DNA from: a virus
Taxonomy: Duplodnaviria > Caudoviricetes
Reading direction: 5' to 3' (one strand)
IMG/VR virus record: IMGVR_UViG_3300029171_000032
Location: 1 to 31,813 of that record
Length of the DNA stretch: 31,813 bases
Position numbers and translations under genes: made by a program. Shown here piece after piece: positions 9,138-19,109 of the stretch. The stretch's first letter is position 1; every line of letters starts with the position of its first letter. A model generated the notes under the pieces. The model was not told the DNA's origin and searched no databases. It saw only the letters and a program-made list of their open reading frames with translations.

Positions 9138-10103
9138 ATGCCATATTCAAATTTTCCACATGGTTTTAGTAATGGGGTCACTATTCGTGGCATTCCTTTG
9201 CAACAATCACAACCTGGTCAAGTATTTTTTGTCAACAACTCATCTGTTTTAGCTCAGGATGGTATTGCTGGATCGAATGGTAATCCTGGCACTTATCAAA
9301 AACCATTCTCAACTCTTGATTATGCTGTTGGTCGCTGTGCTGCTGGTCGTGGAGATATTATCTTCATAATGCCAGGTCATGCCGAGACAATTTCGTCAGC
9401 AACCGCATTAAATCTTGATGTTGCTGGAATTGCCATACTTGGCTTGGGTGCTGGAACTAGTCGTCCAACCTTCACCTTGGATACAGCAACTACCACAGCC
9501 ATTCCGGTAAGTGCGGCTAATATCACAATTAAAAACTGTGTATTCTCTGCAAACTTTGCCGATATTGTTTCTGTGTTTACCCTGACCACTGCAAAAAATT
9601 TCTGCTTGGAAGATGTGCGCGTGCAGGCCACAGCTACTAACATGAACTTCTTGTACGTTGTTGATACTGACGCAACTTCAAATAATGCCGATGGACTCAC
9701 TGTTATCAATCCGACTTGGATTGAGCCAGATACAGCCACAATGTCTTATGTTAAATGTGATGGGACTAATGCTGGCTGGTATTTTGAGGGCGGATTATTG
9801 GTATTGGGTGTCCGTAACAACACCGCTTCATTGATTGCAATCGCAACCACTAAAATATTAACTGGTTTGATTGTTGATGGCATAAGTGTTTATCGACTGA
9901 ACACTGACACCGCAACTGGTGCATTGTTAATTACTACTGATGTGTCAACTAATACCGGCATAATTCGTCATTGTCATCTACAGCATGCTGACACAGCTGG
10001 CGAATTGATTGTTACCGCATCTTCTGGACTTGGATTCTTTGATAACCGCATGTCTGGTGTTGCCGGAGCTTCTGGATACTTGTTGCCTGCTGCCGATAGT
10101 TAA
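9138..10103 (+). CDS. Pectin-lyase-fold (beta-helix) virion protein, possibly a head spike
   Basis: FFVNNS...GSNGNPGTYQKPFSTLDYAVGRC..GRGDIIFIMPGHAE is a typical beta-helix N-cap; AGGAG RBS. Confidence 0.7.
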   Translation: MPYSNFPHGFSNGVTIRGIPLQQSQPGQVFFVNNSSVLAQDGIAGSNGNPGTYQKPFSTLDYAVGRCAAGRGDIIFIMPGHAETISSATALNLDVAGIAILGLGAGTSRPTFTLDTATTTAIPVSAANITIKNCVFSANFADIVSVFTLTTAKNFCLEDVRVQATATNMNFLYVVDTDATSNNADGLTVINPTWIEPDTATMSYVKCDGTNAGWYFEGGLLVLGVRNNTASLIAIATTKILTGLIVDGISVYRLNTDTATGALLITTDVSTNTGIIRHCHLQHADTAGELIVTASSGLGFFDNRMSGVAGASGYLLPAADS

Positions 10104-10110
10104 TAGTCAC

Positions 10111-10136
10111 GGGGGAGGAATCCCCCTTAATTTTTT
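10111..10136 (+). terminator. Rho-independent terminator
   Basis: GGGGGA-GGAA-TCCCCC followed by TTAATTTTTT. Confidence 0.75.
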
Positions 10137-10152
10137 AATTCAGGAGTAGGCT

Positions 10153-10473
10153 ATGCAAATAAATAAAACTTACGCTGAGGCTGATTGGGCTGTTGATAAT
10201 GAGACTGATCCGCTTGCGTTAAATCACCGCGGCAGTGTTGGTGCACTACAAATTATCATCACTGGCACAATTAACATTGATATACAGGCGTCCAATAGTG
10301 ATCTTCAGGCGGGAGTTTCTGCCAACTGGTTGGTTGATTCAACTGAGACTACCGGAGTCACTGCTAGCAAGTGGATTACCTATAGTTCTGTGCCTCGCTT
10401 CATTCGGTTGGCTATTAACTCATTTACAACCGGTGCCACTGTCACACTAAACTTTACTCAGTCTGATGCCTGA
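10153..10473 (+). CDS. Hypothetical virion beta-sandwich protein
   Basis: AGGAG RBS; beta-rich sequence in the structural operon. Confidence 0.75.
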   Translation: MQINKTYAEADWAVDNETDPLALNHRGSVGALQIIITGTINIDIQASNSDLQAGVSANWLVDSTETTGVTASKWITYSSVPRFIRLAINSFTTGATVTLNFTQSDA

Positions 10474-10750
10474 TATTCTCGTTAAGTGTGATGCCTCTGG
10501 GTTCGTTTGTAAGAAAAGCGAAACTCGGAAAATGTGGAACGGCATGATAGTGCGCAAGGATTTCTGGGAGCCAAGGCATCCACAGGATTTCTTGCCTACT
10601 ATTACTGAGCGATCACCAAGAGAAACCAGACCAGATCAGAGCGACCCTGCATTACTTGCTAATAATGTTTATTATGATTTGGTTGTTTACTACGATTTAC
10701 AAATGCCTTACGAAGCCCCCGTTAGATTTGATGTGAGCATGATTATATGA
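10466..10750 (+). CDS. Hypothetical phage protein
   Basis: CDASGF...WNGMIV...WEPRHPQ pattern resembles small proteins beside head-tail genes; overlaps both neighbours. Confidence 0.7.
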   Translation: MPDILVKCDASGFVCKKSETRKMWNGMIVRKDFWEPRHPQDFLPTITERSPRETRPDQSDPALLANNVYYDLVVYYDLQMPYEAPVRFDVSMII

Positions 10751-11673
10751 GTACAGGCGTTTACACAAAGACATTTGGTGAAGTGATAAGGAATGCGCTC
10801 AGGGATTCTGGTATTGTTGCGGTTGAAAGACCGATAACCTCCAACCATTTTACTCTCGCTCAGTCCAAAGGGAACGATGTATTAGCAGCTTGGCAAGGGC
10901 TTAATATCCATTTGTGGTCTGAAACTGAGGCATTGTTACCTTTGGTGTCAGGCCAAAACGAATATACCTTGGGTGTTGGTGGCGATCACTGCTTTACTGA
11001 TTACGTTTATGCGACTGCATCCAGTGCTATCTTATCCGGTGCGGTCGTTATTCCTTGCTCCACTACAACCGGCATGACTATTGGAGATAATATTGGAATA
11101 AAGTTATCTACCAATGTTCGCCAATGGGCGACTATTTCCAGTATATCAGCAGGTGTAAGTGTAACAATTGGCACTCCTTTATCTGCTTCGGTAGAGTCTG
11201 GCGCATCAATATATACTTACACCAATAAGATTGATCGACCAGTCAGAATTTTGCAGGCTCGCGGCGCACCTAATAATACAGGTGATGAAAAAGAGCTGCG
11301 CATGGAGACTCGAGAGGGCTATTACAGAATAGTAAAAAAGTCTGATTCAAGTAGCGATGTTAATTCATGGTACTACTCGCCACAACTTACAATCGGTAAG
11401 CTGTCAATCTGGCAGACTCCGAATAATTGTGATCAGATCATGAGATTTACTTTTGTAAAACCTCAATATGTAAACCAAGATCAGACAGAAACAGTTTTAA
11501 TTCCGGCTGAGTGGTTACTTGCCTTTAAATGGGCAGTCGCTTATCAGCTTGGGATTACTTACAATATCGATCCAAACCGGTTAACGTTTATTTCAAACGC
11601 AGCCAGAGACGCACTTAATACAGCATTGTCGAACGACGAAGAATACGACTCATTCAACTTTCAGCCGGAGTGA
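10747..11673 (+). CDS. Head-tail adaptor / tail tubular protein A-like
   Basis: Upstream of the gp10-like gene; IRNALRDSG N-terminal helix, LSIWQTP, IPAEWLLAFKWAVAYQL. Confidence 0.7.
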   Translation: MSTGVYTKTFGEVIRNALRDSGIVAVERPITSNHFTLAQSKGNDVLAAWQGLNIHLWSETEALLPLVSGQNEYTLGVGGDHCFTDYVYATASSAILSGAVVIPCSTTTGMTIGDNIGIKLSTNVRQWATISSISAGVSVTIGTPLSASVESGASIYTYTNKIDRPVRILQARGAPNNTGDEKELRMETREGYYRIVKKSDSSSDVNSWYYSPQLTIGKLSIWQTPNNCDQIMRFTFVKPQYVNQDQTETVLIPAEWLLAFKWAVAYQLGITYNIDPNRLTFISNAARDALNTALSNDEEYDSFNFQPE

Positions 11674-11675
11674 TA

Positions 11676-13139
11676 ATGCGCGTTCCGTTTCCAATTGCAC
11701 AGGGATTTTATGCGGATGAATCCGTGCCTGTATCGCCAAAGCGTTGTGTAAACTTTCGCCCTCATGTTCCACAAACCCAAACCATTACAGACGGTGCTTT
11801 AATTGGCACTGAAGGTATTTTATTAGGTGTAACTTTGCCCGATGAGAATCGTGGCGCATGGGAAATGAACGGCGTTGCTTATGTGGTTAACGGCGGTAAG
11901 CTATACGCAATAAGTTACTCTGAAGATCCAGATGGGGTCAGAACTTATTCTTATACTAACGTAAGCGGGTCAGAAACGATTGAAGGATCAGCCAAAGTAA
12001 TTATGGTTGATAACGGTGTGCAGCTTTGCATCGTAGCGCCTGATGCGAATATTGTTTTAAACGCATGGATCTACACCGTAGCAGGTGGGCTGGTTCAGGT
12101 CTCCAGCGCTAACTTCAGGGGCCCAGCCGCTGATGTTTGGTTTATTGATGGGTATTTTGCTTTTGTTCAAGCAGAGACAAATGTTTTTTTTATTTCAGAT
12201 CTCCGTGATGGGCTTACCTATATTTCTACAGACTTCGCAAGCGCTGAATCCGACCCTGATCCGTTAGTTGCTGTGATTGAATTCGGCGGCCTTTTGTATT
12301 TGTTTGGGTCAAAGACATTCGAGCAATGGCAAAATGTAGGTGTTGGCGCTGGATTTCCTTTTGTTAAAGCAATTTCAGGAAATCAAAATAAAGGGTGCAT
12401 ATCGCCTTTAACGTTAACCGAATTTAATAGTGGATTAATCTGGATTGGCGGCGGAGCCAACGAGCAGCCTGCCGTTTGGTACACGACTGGCGGCCAGCCT
12501 GTAAAAATCTCAACCCCAGCGGTTGATATTCTGCTTAATTCTGGCGGCAGAGATAAGCTCTCTCAAGCGTGGCAAGTTAGCTGGTCACTGAATGGGAGAA
12601 GTTGTATAGCTTTTACCGTCCCTGATGTGTGTACTTTAGAGTATGACGCAATAACCGGCCTTTGGTACGAAAGACAATCTTTAATTGCAGGTGAAGATAA
12701 GCCTTGGCGCGTTTCGTCCTTGGTTCCCGCCTACTCTGTTTTTATTGTTGGCGATAGCTCCACTGGAAATATTGGGATAATGTCACCTGACATCTACAAG
12801 GAATATGACGAAAGAATTCGAAGTTATCTTGTGCCAATGCCAATTGAAAACAACGGCGCACCTTTTACAGTTGATTCAATTGAGTTGCTTATGCAAACTG
12901 GTACTGTTCCTATTTCTGGTGAAGGGTCAGATCCTAAAATGAGATTAGCGATTAGTGAAGACTTTGGTCGTTCGTACAGTCCTGATATTAGTCGTGACAT
13001 AGGAACTACCGGAGAGTATGAAAATATTATAGCGTGGGATTTGCTTGGGCGTTATCCACGGGCTTTTACACCAAAATTTATCTGTGATGAACCCATTAAA
13101 AAGGTCATCGTAAAAGGGGAGATTGTCATTAGTGCCTAA
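11676..13139 (+). CDS. Tail hub / DNA stabilization protein, P22 gp10-like
   Basis: FIDGYFAF, DFASAESDPDPLVA, LYLFGSKTFEQW, GCISP, ISEDFGRSYS. Confidence 0.88.
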   Translation: MRVPFPIAQGFYADESVPVSPKRCVNFRPHVPQTQTITDGALIGTEGILLGVTLPDENRGAWEMNGVAYVVNGGKLYAISYSEDPDGVRTYSYTNVSGSETIEGSAKVIMVDNGVQLCIVAPDANIVLNAWIYTVAGGLVQVSSANFRGPAADVWFIDGYFAFVQAETNVFFISDLRDGLTYISTDFASAESDPDPLVAVIEFGGLLYLFGSKTFEQWQNVGVGAGFPFVKAISGNQNKGCISPLTLTEFNSGLIWIGGGANEQPAVWYTTGGQPVKISTPAVDILLNSGGRDKLSQAWQVSWSLNGRSCIAFTVPDVCTLEYDAITGLWYERQSLIAGEDKPWRVSSLVPAYSVFIVGDSSTGNIGIMSPDIYKEYDERIRSYLVPMPIENNGAPFTVDSIELLMQTGTVPISGEGSDPKMRLAISEDFGRSYSPDISRDIGTTGEYENIIAWDLLGRYPRAFTPKFICDEPIKKVIVKGEIVISA

Positions 13140-13383
13140 CGTACTACACCGATCAATCCCTGTTGTCGACAAAGAAGGAAGGCCGCTTCAAAACCTTCAA
13201 TTGTTTAGTGAAGAGATTGAATCCATGTCTCTGCTTATTGGAACTGGATCACCCGAAGGAGTTTACAGGGCAAGAGTTGGCAGAGAGTATTTAGATACCA
13301 CTGGCGGCGTTGGTGCGGTAAAATACATCAAGCAATTGGCCGAGATTGGTGGCAATGACAAATTAGGATGGGTGGCGATATGA
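13123..13383 (+). CDS. Small tail-associated protein
   Basis: GTGSPEGVYRARVGREYLDTTGG...YIK...GWVAI motif of phage tail modules; start codon uncertain (TTG13123 or GTG13132). Confidence 0.7.
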   Translation: MSLVPNVLHRSIPVVDKEGRPLQNLQLFSEEIESMSLLIGTGSPEGVYRARVGREYLDTTGGVGAVKYIKQLAEIGGNDKLGWVAI

Positions 13384-14153
13384 CTTTGACAAACATTGCC
13401 CAAAGAATAGAGCAGTATCAGAATGCTTTATCTGAATTGCCACAAGTCGATCTTTCAGTATCAAGCAACAATATCAATGGAATGTACATCAGAGAGATTT
13501 TAATCCCTGCTGGTTCTTCATTAGTTGGAAGGGTGCATTTATATCCATATGTAGACATCATGTTATCCGGTGATATTACGATTATTTCATCTGATGAGCC
13601 TGAGCCTATTCGATATTCAGGGGCAAATGTTCTTTATGGAATTCCTGGCAGAAAAAGAACTGGATTCGCTCATGAAGATACGCGCTGGATCACAGTTCAC
13701 AATTCCGATATTAAAGACGGTGACGAGTTTTACGAAAAGCTGACCGCTGAATCAATTGAAGAATGTTACAAGATGCTGACAGGAAAGAGTGATTATTTAG
13801 CTCTACTGTCAGAAGTTAACATGACAGAAGATGATGTTCAGGACGAAATGCAACAAGCGTTAATGACTGACTTCATCGAAACTGGTGTTTATGTGGCTCC
13901 GTCAATTATTCATGGCAGCGGACTTTTTGCGGGAAAACAGTTTTTAGCGGGTGAGATAATTTGCACAGCCAGAAAAGGTGATAAAAAGACAATCGCTGGA
14001 CGTTACAGCAATCACTCACCAAATCCCAATGCAAGAATGCAAAATCACGGACAAGATTTGCTGGTAATTGCAGCAAAGAACATTCAAGAGAATGAAGAAA
14101 TCATGACGAATTACAGAGATACTATCAGGGGGCATTTATGTCATCAGCAATAA
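13380..14153 (+). CDS. Cupin-like domain fused to a SET-domain methyltransferase
   Basis: N-terminal GMYIREILIPAGSSLVGRVH...WITVH; C-terminal SIIHGSGLFA, RYSNHSPNPNA, IAAKNIQENEEIMTNY. Confidence 0.85.
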   Translation: MTLTNIAQRIEQYQNALSELPQVDLSVSSNNINGMYIREILIPAGSSLVGRVHLYPYVDIMLSGDITIISSDEPEPIRYSGANVLYGIPGRKRTGFAHEDTRWITVHNSDIKDGDEFYEKLTAESIEECYKMLTGKSDYLALLSEVNMTEDDVQDEMQQALMTDFIETGVYVAPSIIHGSGLFAGKQFLAGEIICTARKGDKKTIAGRYSNHSPNPNARMQNHGQDLLVIAAKNIQENEEIMTNYRDTIRGHLCHQQ

Positions 14154-14665
14154 CCGCTGCTGTTGTGACGGCCTATGCCGTTGATAGAGCGTCCGACAAA
14201 GCATCTGATGCAACGAAAAAAGGGATAAAGGCATCGACTGACATTACAAGTCAGGCCAGACAGGATGCTATTGCCTTATTCGATAATGCCGCAAGACGCA
14301 AGGGCATAGGTCTTGATCAGGCATTAGCTTTTTACAAGCAAAATGCACTTAAAAGAATGGAGCCATTTGTTCAGGGAAATCAAGCAGCTCAAAATGTTAT
14401 TGGGCAAGGCGCAAAACAAGCAAACAATGCAATTCTAGGGCTTCCGGTTGATATGGGATTTGTCGAACAGGTCCAGCCAAATGTTGACTACTCTGGAATC
14501 AATGCCGCTACTCTGCCTCAGCTTGGAACCGGAATAGCGGCGGCTGCCAATGTGGCTCAGCCGCAAACTCAAGCGCCAACACAGACATTAACTCAATCTT
14601 TAGGCAATCGTGAAGTAATATTTGGACGCCAAGGCGGACTGGGGGCATACAATGTACGCGCTTAA
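14138..14665 (+). CDS. Probable DNA ejection protein (P22 gp7-like position)
   Basis: Ala/Gln-rich; first of the internal virion genes. Confidence 0.6.
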   Translation: MSSAITAAVVTAYAVDRASDKASDATKKGIKASTDITSQARQDAIALFDNAARRKGIGLDQALAFYKQNALKRMEPFVQGNQAAQNVIGQGAKQANNAILGLPVDMGFVEQVQPNVDYSGINAATLPQLGTGIAAAANVAQPQTQAPTQTLTQSLGNREVIFGRQGGLGAYNVRA

Positions 14666-15551
14666 TGTTCAACAACCTCAATTAGCTCAAGCTGGAGTGG
14701 CAACCAACCAGCTGCCAACCAGCTTGCCGGTAACTCTCGGAGCGCAAACTACTGCAGCTCCACAGACAGCTCAAACTGCTGTCCCGCCAACGGGATTGAT
14801 TGGAAGCGAGCAAGCTTTATCTGGTGGCTTAATGGGTGGAATGAATACCTTAAATACTGGTGCAAATGTCGCAAGAAATGACATTAACAGCGCTATGAGT
14901 GGGGTTAGTCAGCTTGGCACCGCTAATTATGCAGAATCACCTGCGGCCAAATTTCAAATGGATCAAATGCAAAGGGCGGTTGAAAGAACAGCCGCGGCAA
15001 GAGGTGGATTATTAAGTGGTAATACTGCTTTAGAGCTACAAGATAGAGCAGCCGGAATAGCAGCTCAAGACTATGAGAATCAATTTAACCGTGATTTAAG
15101 TAAGGAAACATTGAAAGCCAGCTTATCCCGTGACCTTGCCGATACCGCTATGAGCGCAGGAATTCAAGGCGCTGGATTGATTACACAAACGGCCGGTCAA
15201 GTATCTCAGGGTAGGACGCAGGCCGGTCAATCTATCGCACAAAACGCCACTCAGGCAGCGTCAAGTATATCTAGCCTACTTAATCAGCAGGGGATTGTGC
15301 TTAGTGATGCTATGTCCAAAGATATTTCAACGATTACTGATTTTATTTACCAATCAGGCATGCAGGATTCTCTTTCATCTGAGAATTTAGCAGCGATTTT
15401 AGCTAATATAGCAGGCGGTCAGGCTTCGACAGTAGCGCAGGGATATTCAAAGATAGGCGAATCTGATGCGGCTGGAACAATTGGTATTGGCAATGCTATC
15501 ACCGGCGGAATCCAGAATTGGAATGACTATCAAGCAAACAAAGAGAAATAA
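14652..15551 (+). CDS. DNA ejection/transfer protein
   Basis: SPAAKFQMDQMQRAVERTAAARGGLLSGNTALELQ resembles the podoviral DNA-transfer protein motif; Gly/Ala/Gln-rich. Confidence 0.75.
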   Translation: MYALNVQQPQLAQAGVATNQLPTSLPVTLGAQTTAAPQTAQTAVPPTGLIGSEQALSGGLMGGMNTLNTGANVARNDINSAMSGVSQLGTANYAESPAAKFQMDQMQRAVERTAAARGGLLSGNTALELQDRAAGIAAQDYENQFNRDLSKETLKASLSRDLADTAMSAGIQGAGLITQTAGQVSQGRTQAGQSIAQNATQAASSISSLLNQQGIVLSDAMSKDISTITDFIYQSGMQDSLSSENLAAILANIAGGQASTVAQGYSKIGESDAAGTIGIGNAITGGIQNWNDYQANKEK

Positions 15552-15553
15552 TC

Positions 15554-16801
15554 ATGGGAATTCTTGATCAAATAGCAAACCCTCAAATGCTTAACATGAA
15601 GCAAACTCTCGATATTCGCCAAAAACGCATCGAGGCCGATGAAGCCAAGCGTAGAAAATTGAGAATGGGGCAATTAATCTCTGAGGCTGTGCCTAACTTA
15701 AAGGCAGGGTCAAGGCTGCATCAAATGGCGCTGGAAGATCCTGATCAATTTGCTTTAATCTCAAAAGCCATGGGCATTCCGCTTAATGCTGGCGACCAAA
15801 TGCAAGAATTGGTTAATGACACATCCGAGCTTTACATGCGAGCGCAGGCTGATCCAGAGGACGCCTATAATCGTGCGCTTGAGATTAAAGCCGAGCGAAA
15901 CAAAGCTGGCCGTGAAACTCCGCAAATGGACAGATGGATAGATTTAATGGAAAACGACCCACAAACGGGATTGACTTCGCTGTTTGTGTTTCATCGTTCA
16001 ATGAATCCTGAGAATGAAGACAATAAGCAGCAATTTGGCGGGCAGGAAATGCTTAAGGATGAAAAAGGCAATCTTTTCTTTGCTACATCAAAAAGAGATC
16101 CATCAACTGGTGAGGTTAAGGGGGTTATTTCTGCTGTTGATGGATCTGAAGCAAAACCCATTGGGCAACTTTCTGCTACTGGGGCATACGGCCAAACAGC
16201 ACAAGAAAGAGTTAGCCAGGTTGGTGCTGAGTCTAGCTCCAAGACACAGGCTGCGCAGGATGTTAAGTTAGCAACTGAGCCGAAAATTACATCAGAGATA
16301 ACAAAGTCAAAGAAAGATGCAGAAGATTTATCAAAATACAAAAGCGGTCTTTTTGAGAGCATAAACTCAAACAGCAGGCTTTTAAATAAATATAGATTTG
16401 CAATAAAACAACTTAATGAAGGCGCTGAAACTGGCCCTGTAATTAATAGGCTGCCAAACTTAAAAGAGCAAAGTATTTTGGTCGACGTTGTTCGAAAAGA
16501 AATTGGTATGGAAGTTTTGGGTAGTGGTTTGCTTGGGGTTAACCCGACCGATAAAGACGTTGAGTTTGCATTAACTACATCAATTCCTGATAACTTAAGG
16601 CCGGAAGCGCTAAAGAGAGAGCTTGAGCGACGAGGCTCAATACTTGAGGATTTAAACACAGCTCAAGAGGAGTACTATCGTCTGGTCGATGAAGAAGGAT
16701 ATACGAAGGGTGACATTCTGAAGCTTGCAAAACAACGCAGTGATACAACCAAAAAAGAAACAGCAGCCGAAAGATTTCGGAGGTTAACCGGTGGCCAGTA
16801 G
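15554..16801 (+). CDS. Probable DNA ejection protein (gp20-like position)
   Basis: 415-aa helical protein in the internal virion cluster. Confidence 0.6.
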   Translation: MGILDQIANPQMLNMKQTLDIRQKRIEADEAKRRKLRMGQLISEAVPNLKAGSRLHQMALEDPDQFALISKAMGIPLNAGDQMQELVNDTSELYMRAQADPEDAYNRALEIKAERNKAGRETPQMDRWIDLMENDPQTGLTSLFVFHRSMNPENEDNKQQFGGQEMLKDEKGNLFFATSKRDPSTGEVKGVISAVDGSEAKPIGQLSATGAYGQTAQERVSQVGAESSSKTQAAQDVKLATEPKITSEITKSKKDAEDLSKYKSGLFESINSNSRLLNKYRFAIKQLNEGAETGPVINRLPNLKEQSILVDVVRKEIGMEVLGSGLLGVNPTDKDVEFALTTSIPDNLRPEALKRELERRGSILEDLNTAQEEYYRLVDEEGYTKGDILKLAKQRSDTTKKETAAERFRRLTGGQ

Positions 16802-19109
16802 AGAAGAACTGCTTGACATTGCTCGCCAAGCCATAGAGGAAGGTGACGAAGCTACGGCCAATGCTGCTATGGATGCGGCTGAGAAAATTACTTCATCGCC
16901 AAAAATCACGCCTGAAATAGAGGCGCAATATCCATATCCTCCGAAACCTGAAGATCGCGTAACCCGTGGTCGTGGCGGCGTTGGCTATCAAGGTATGGAC
17001 TTAACCAACTGGAACGAACAAAAAAAGCAAGTCGATAAGATGAGAGAATTGGCTGCTACTGATCCAAATCAGGCGGCACTAATCTCTGAAATGTCACCTA
17101 CTGATAAGTTACTGACTGGCATCGGTGCTGGTATATCTGACGTGGCGCGTGGTGCTAAAAACTTTCTTGATTACACACCATACGGTGCAATATTACCAGA
17201 TGTAGAAATACTAAGCCCATCAGGAATGTCGGCGCTTGAGGGTGTAAGCCCAATGGCAGAAGGCGGACGAGTGGTTGGTCAGGCTGCTCCATTTTTGCCT
17301 GCCGGTATCGGTGCTGGAGCGCTCCCTTCATTGGGCGGCAGAATGGCAGCAAGTTCATTAGTTGGAGGTGTTGAAGGTGCGACGATTGCAAGCGGAACTG
17401 GTAGAGATGTGGCGACAGGTGCGTTGGTTGGAACTCTTGTGGGCGGTGGTGCTGAAGTTTTTAGTGCTGGTTTTAATCGCATTGCTTTGCCATTAGTTAG
17501 AAAGTGGTTTGGTAGTTCTGCAAAGGCTCTTGACGAGACTGGTGCACCAACTCCAGAGCTTCAGTCTGCAATGGAAAAAGAAGGCGTTACTCTTGATGAT
17601 TTGACTAAATTGGCAAGCGCTGAAGAGGCGGCAACACAAACAGCAAAGGCAGCCACTACGCAATCACCACAAAGAATTGATGAGCTGGCGGCATCTATTG
17701 AGATAAATCCAGCAAGAAAAGCCGCAGCTGAAAGGCTGGGTGTTGATGCGCCATTGGCTACACTGACAGATCAGGCTCCAATTCAAGAGGTTGTCGGTGC
17801 TGCCGCAGCAGTCCCTGGATCAAAAACAAGTGAATCGTTGGTTAAATACTCCAAGGATCTCACTAAAAAAGCCGAAGATACTATTGAGCAATTTTCTGGC
17901 TACCTTGATAAAGAGGTTGTCAGTGAAAACCTAAAGTCTACTATGCAAAGCCAGATTGAAGAATTGGGCGGCGCAAGTAAGGAAATTTATAGCCAAATTA
18001 ATGAGCTAGTGCCTTCATCAACTATCGTGAACGCCAAGCCATTATTGACAGAACTGGCTAAAAGAGGCTCCAAGTCACAGAAAGGTGTCGAAGGCCTTTC
18101 AACTGTTGAGCGTGACGTATTTAAAACATTACAGGGGAAGCCGACCTATTTTGATATTGATAGATTAAGAAAAGACATTGGCGCATCTGTAGGGCGAAAA
18201 GAGGGAACCTATATAACAGAACAAGTGGCGACACTTAAAGATCTTTATTCAAAGCTTTCTCAATTGCAGGAAGGTGTCGCCGATCAAGTTGGTGGTAATG
18301 CTGGTCAATTATGGAAAGAAGTAAAAGAGCTTGACAAAAAAAGATTCACTTTGCAGGAAAACAGCGAATTCCTTTTTGGAAAGGAAAATATCGGCACTGT
18401 TATGCCCAAGCTGGAGTCATCTTTAATGATGCTAGCCAGAGGAAATAACGAATCATTCAAAAAGATTATTGGTTCAATTCCGCCCGAGCAAAAGGGTGCT
18501 GTTGTGTCTGGTGCTTTGGATTCTGTTATCAGAAAATCCTATGCTGGTGACGTTAAGATAGACGCCAACGGGTTTGCAAAATGGTACAATCAGCTAAGCC
18601 GATCGCCAACAAACAAACAAACACTGATGAAAGAATTGCCAGCGGGAGCAGAGAAAAGACTTGATGATCTTTACCTGTTGGCACAAGGCCTAGCGAACGT
18701 GACAAACAACCGCGTTAGAACTGGCGCTATTAATTCGATATTCAAAAAGTTTGATGATGCTGATGGGATAGTAGCCAAGCTTTATGGAATATCGGACAAG
18801 GTTTCCGAATCGCCAGTTGGTTTTGTAATGGGCCCAACCACAAGAGTTATAGCGAACACTGCCAAGATGGCAACCAAGGAAAAGACACCATCAATAGAGG
18901 CAGCTGATGAACTTTTGGCAAGCCCTGAATTTAGAACTGCAGTTCTTTCAATGGCTGAGCCTGCGAAGAAAAGAGCGGTAGCAATGAGAAAGCTTGAAAG
19001 CACAGATGCGTATAAAAAATATATGCAGAAGCAAAACAAATCACGAGTGGCATCAATATCCGCAGTTGGGTTAGTGCCATTTTTAACTGGCGAGGAAGAA
19101 GAGCAATGA
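16791..19109 (+). CDS. Large DNA ejection protein (gp16-like position)
   Basis: 772 aa with a Gly/Ala-rich hydrophobic segment; last gene before the tail fibre. Confidence 0.7.
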   Translation: MASREELLDIARQAIEEGDEATANAAMDAAEKITSSPKITPEIEAQYPYPPKPEDRVTRGRGGVGYQGMDLTNWNEQKKQVDKMRELAATDPNQAALISEMSPTDKLLTGIGAGISDVARGAKNFLDYTPYGAILPDVEILSPSGMSALEGVSPMAEGGRVVGQAAPFLPAGIGAGALPSLGGRMAASSLVGGVEGATIASGTGRDVATGALVGTLVGGGAEVFSAGFNRIALPLVRKWFGSSAKALDETGAPTPELQSAMEKEGVTLDDLTKLASAEEAATQTAKAATTQSPQRIDELAASIEINPARKAAAERLGVDAPLATLTDQAPIQEVVGAAAAVPGSKTSESLVKYSKDLTKKAEDTIEQFSGYLDKEVVSENLKSTMQSQIEELGGASKEIYSQINELVPSSTIVNAKPLLTELAKRGSKSQKGVEGLSTVERDVFKTLQGKPTYFDIDRLRKDIGASVGRKEGTYITEQVATLKDLYSKLSQLQEGVADQVGGNAGQLWKEVKELDKKRFTLQENSEFLFGKENIGTVMPKLESSLMMLARGNNESFKKIIGSIPPEQKGAVVSGALDSVIRKSYAGDVKIDANGFAKWYNQLSRSPTNKQTLMKELPAGAEKRLDDLYLLAQGLANVTNNRVRTGAINSIFKKFDDADGIVAKLYGISDKVSESPVGFVMGPTTRVIANTAKMATKEKTPSIEAADELLASPEFRTAVLSMAEPAKKRAVAMRKLESTDAYKKYMQKQNKSRVASISAVGLVPFLTGEEEEQ

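Noticed and set aside
12105-12113. Additional AGCGCTAAC operator copy
   Set aside because: Partial match inside a coding region with no promoter context
15991-16659. Long antisense ORFs in structural genes (also 7666-8115, 9377-9739, 21386-21745, 6823-7185)
   Set aside because: Shadow frames of well-supported plus-strand genes, with no RBS or recognisable motifs
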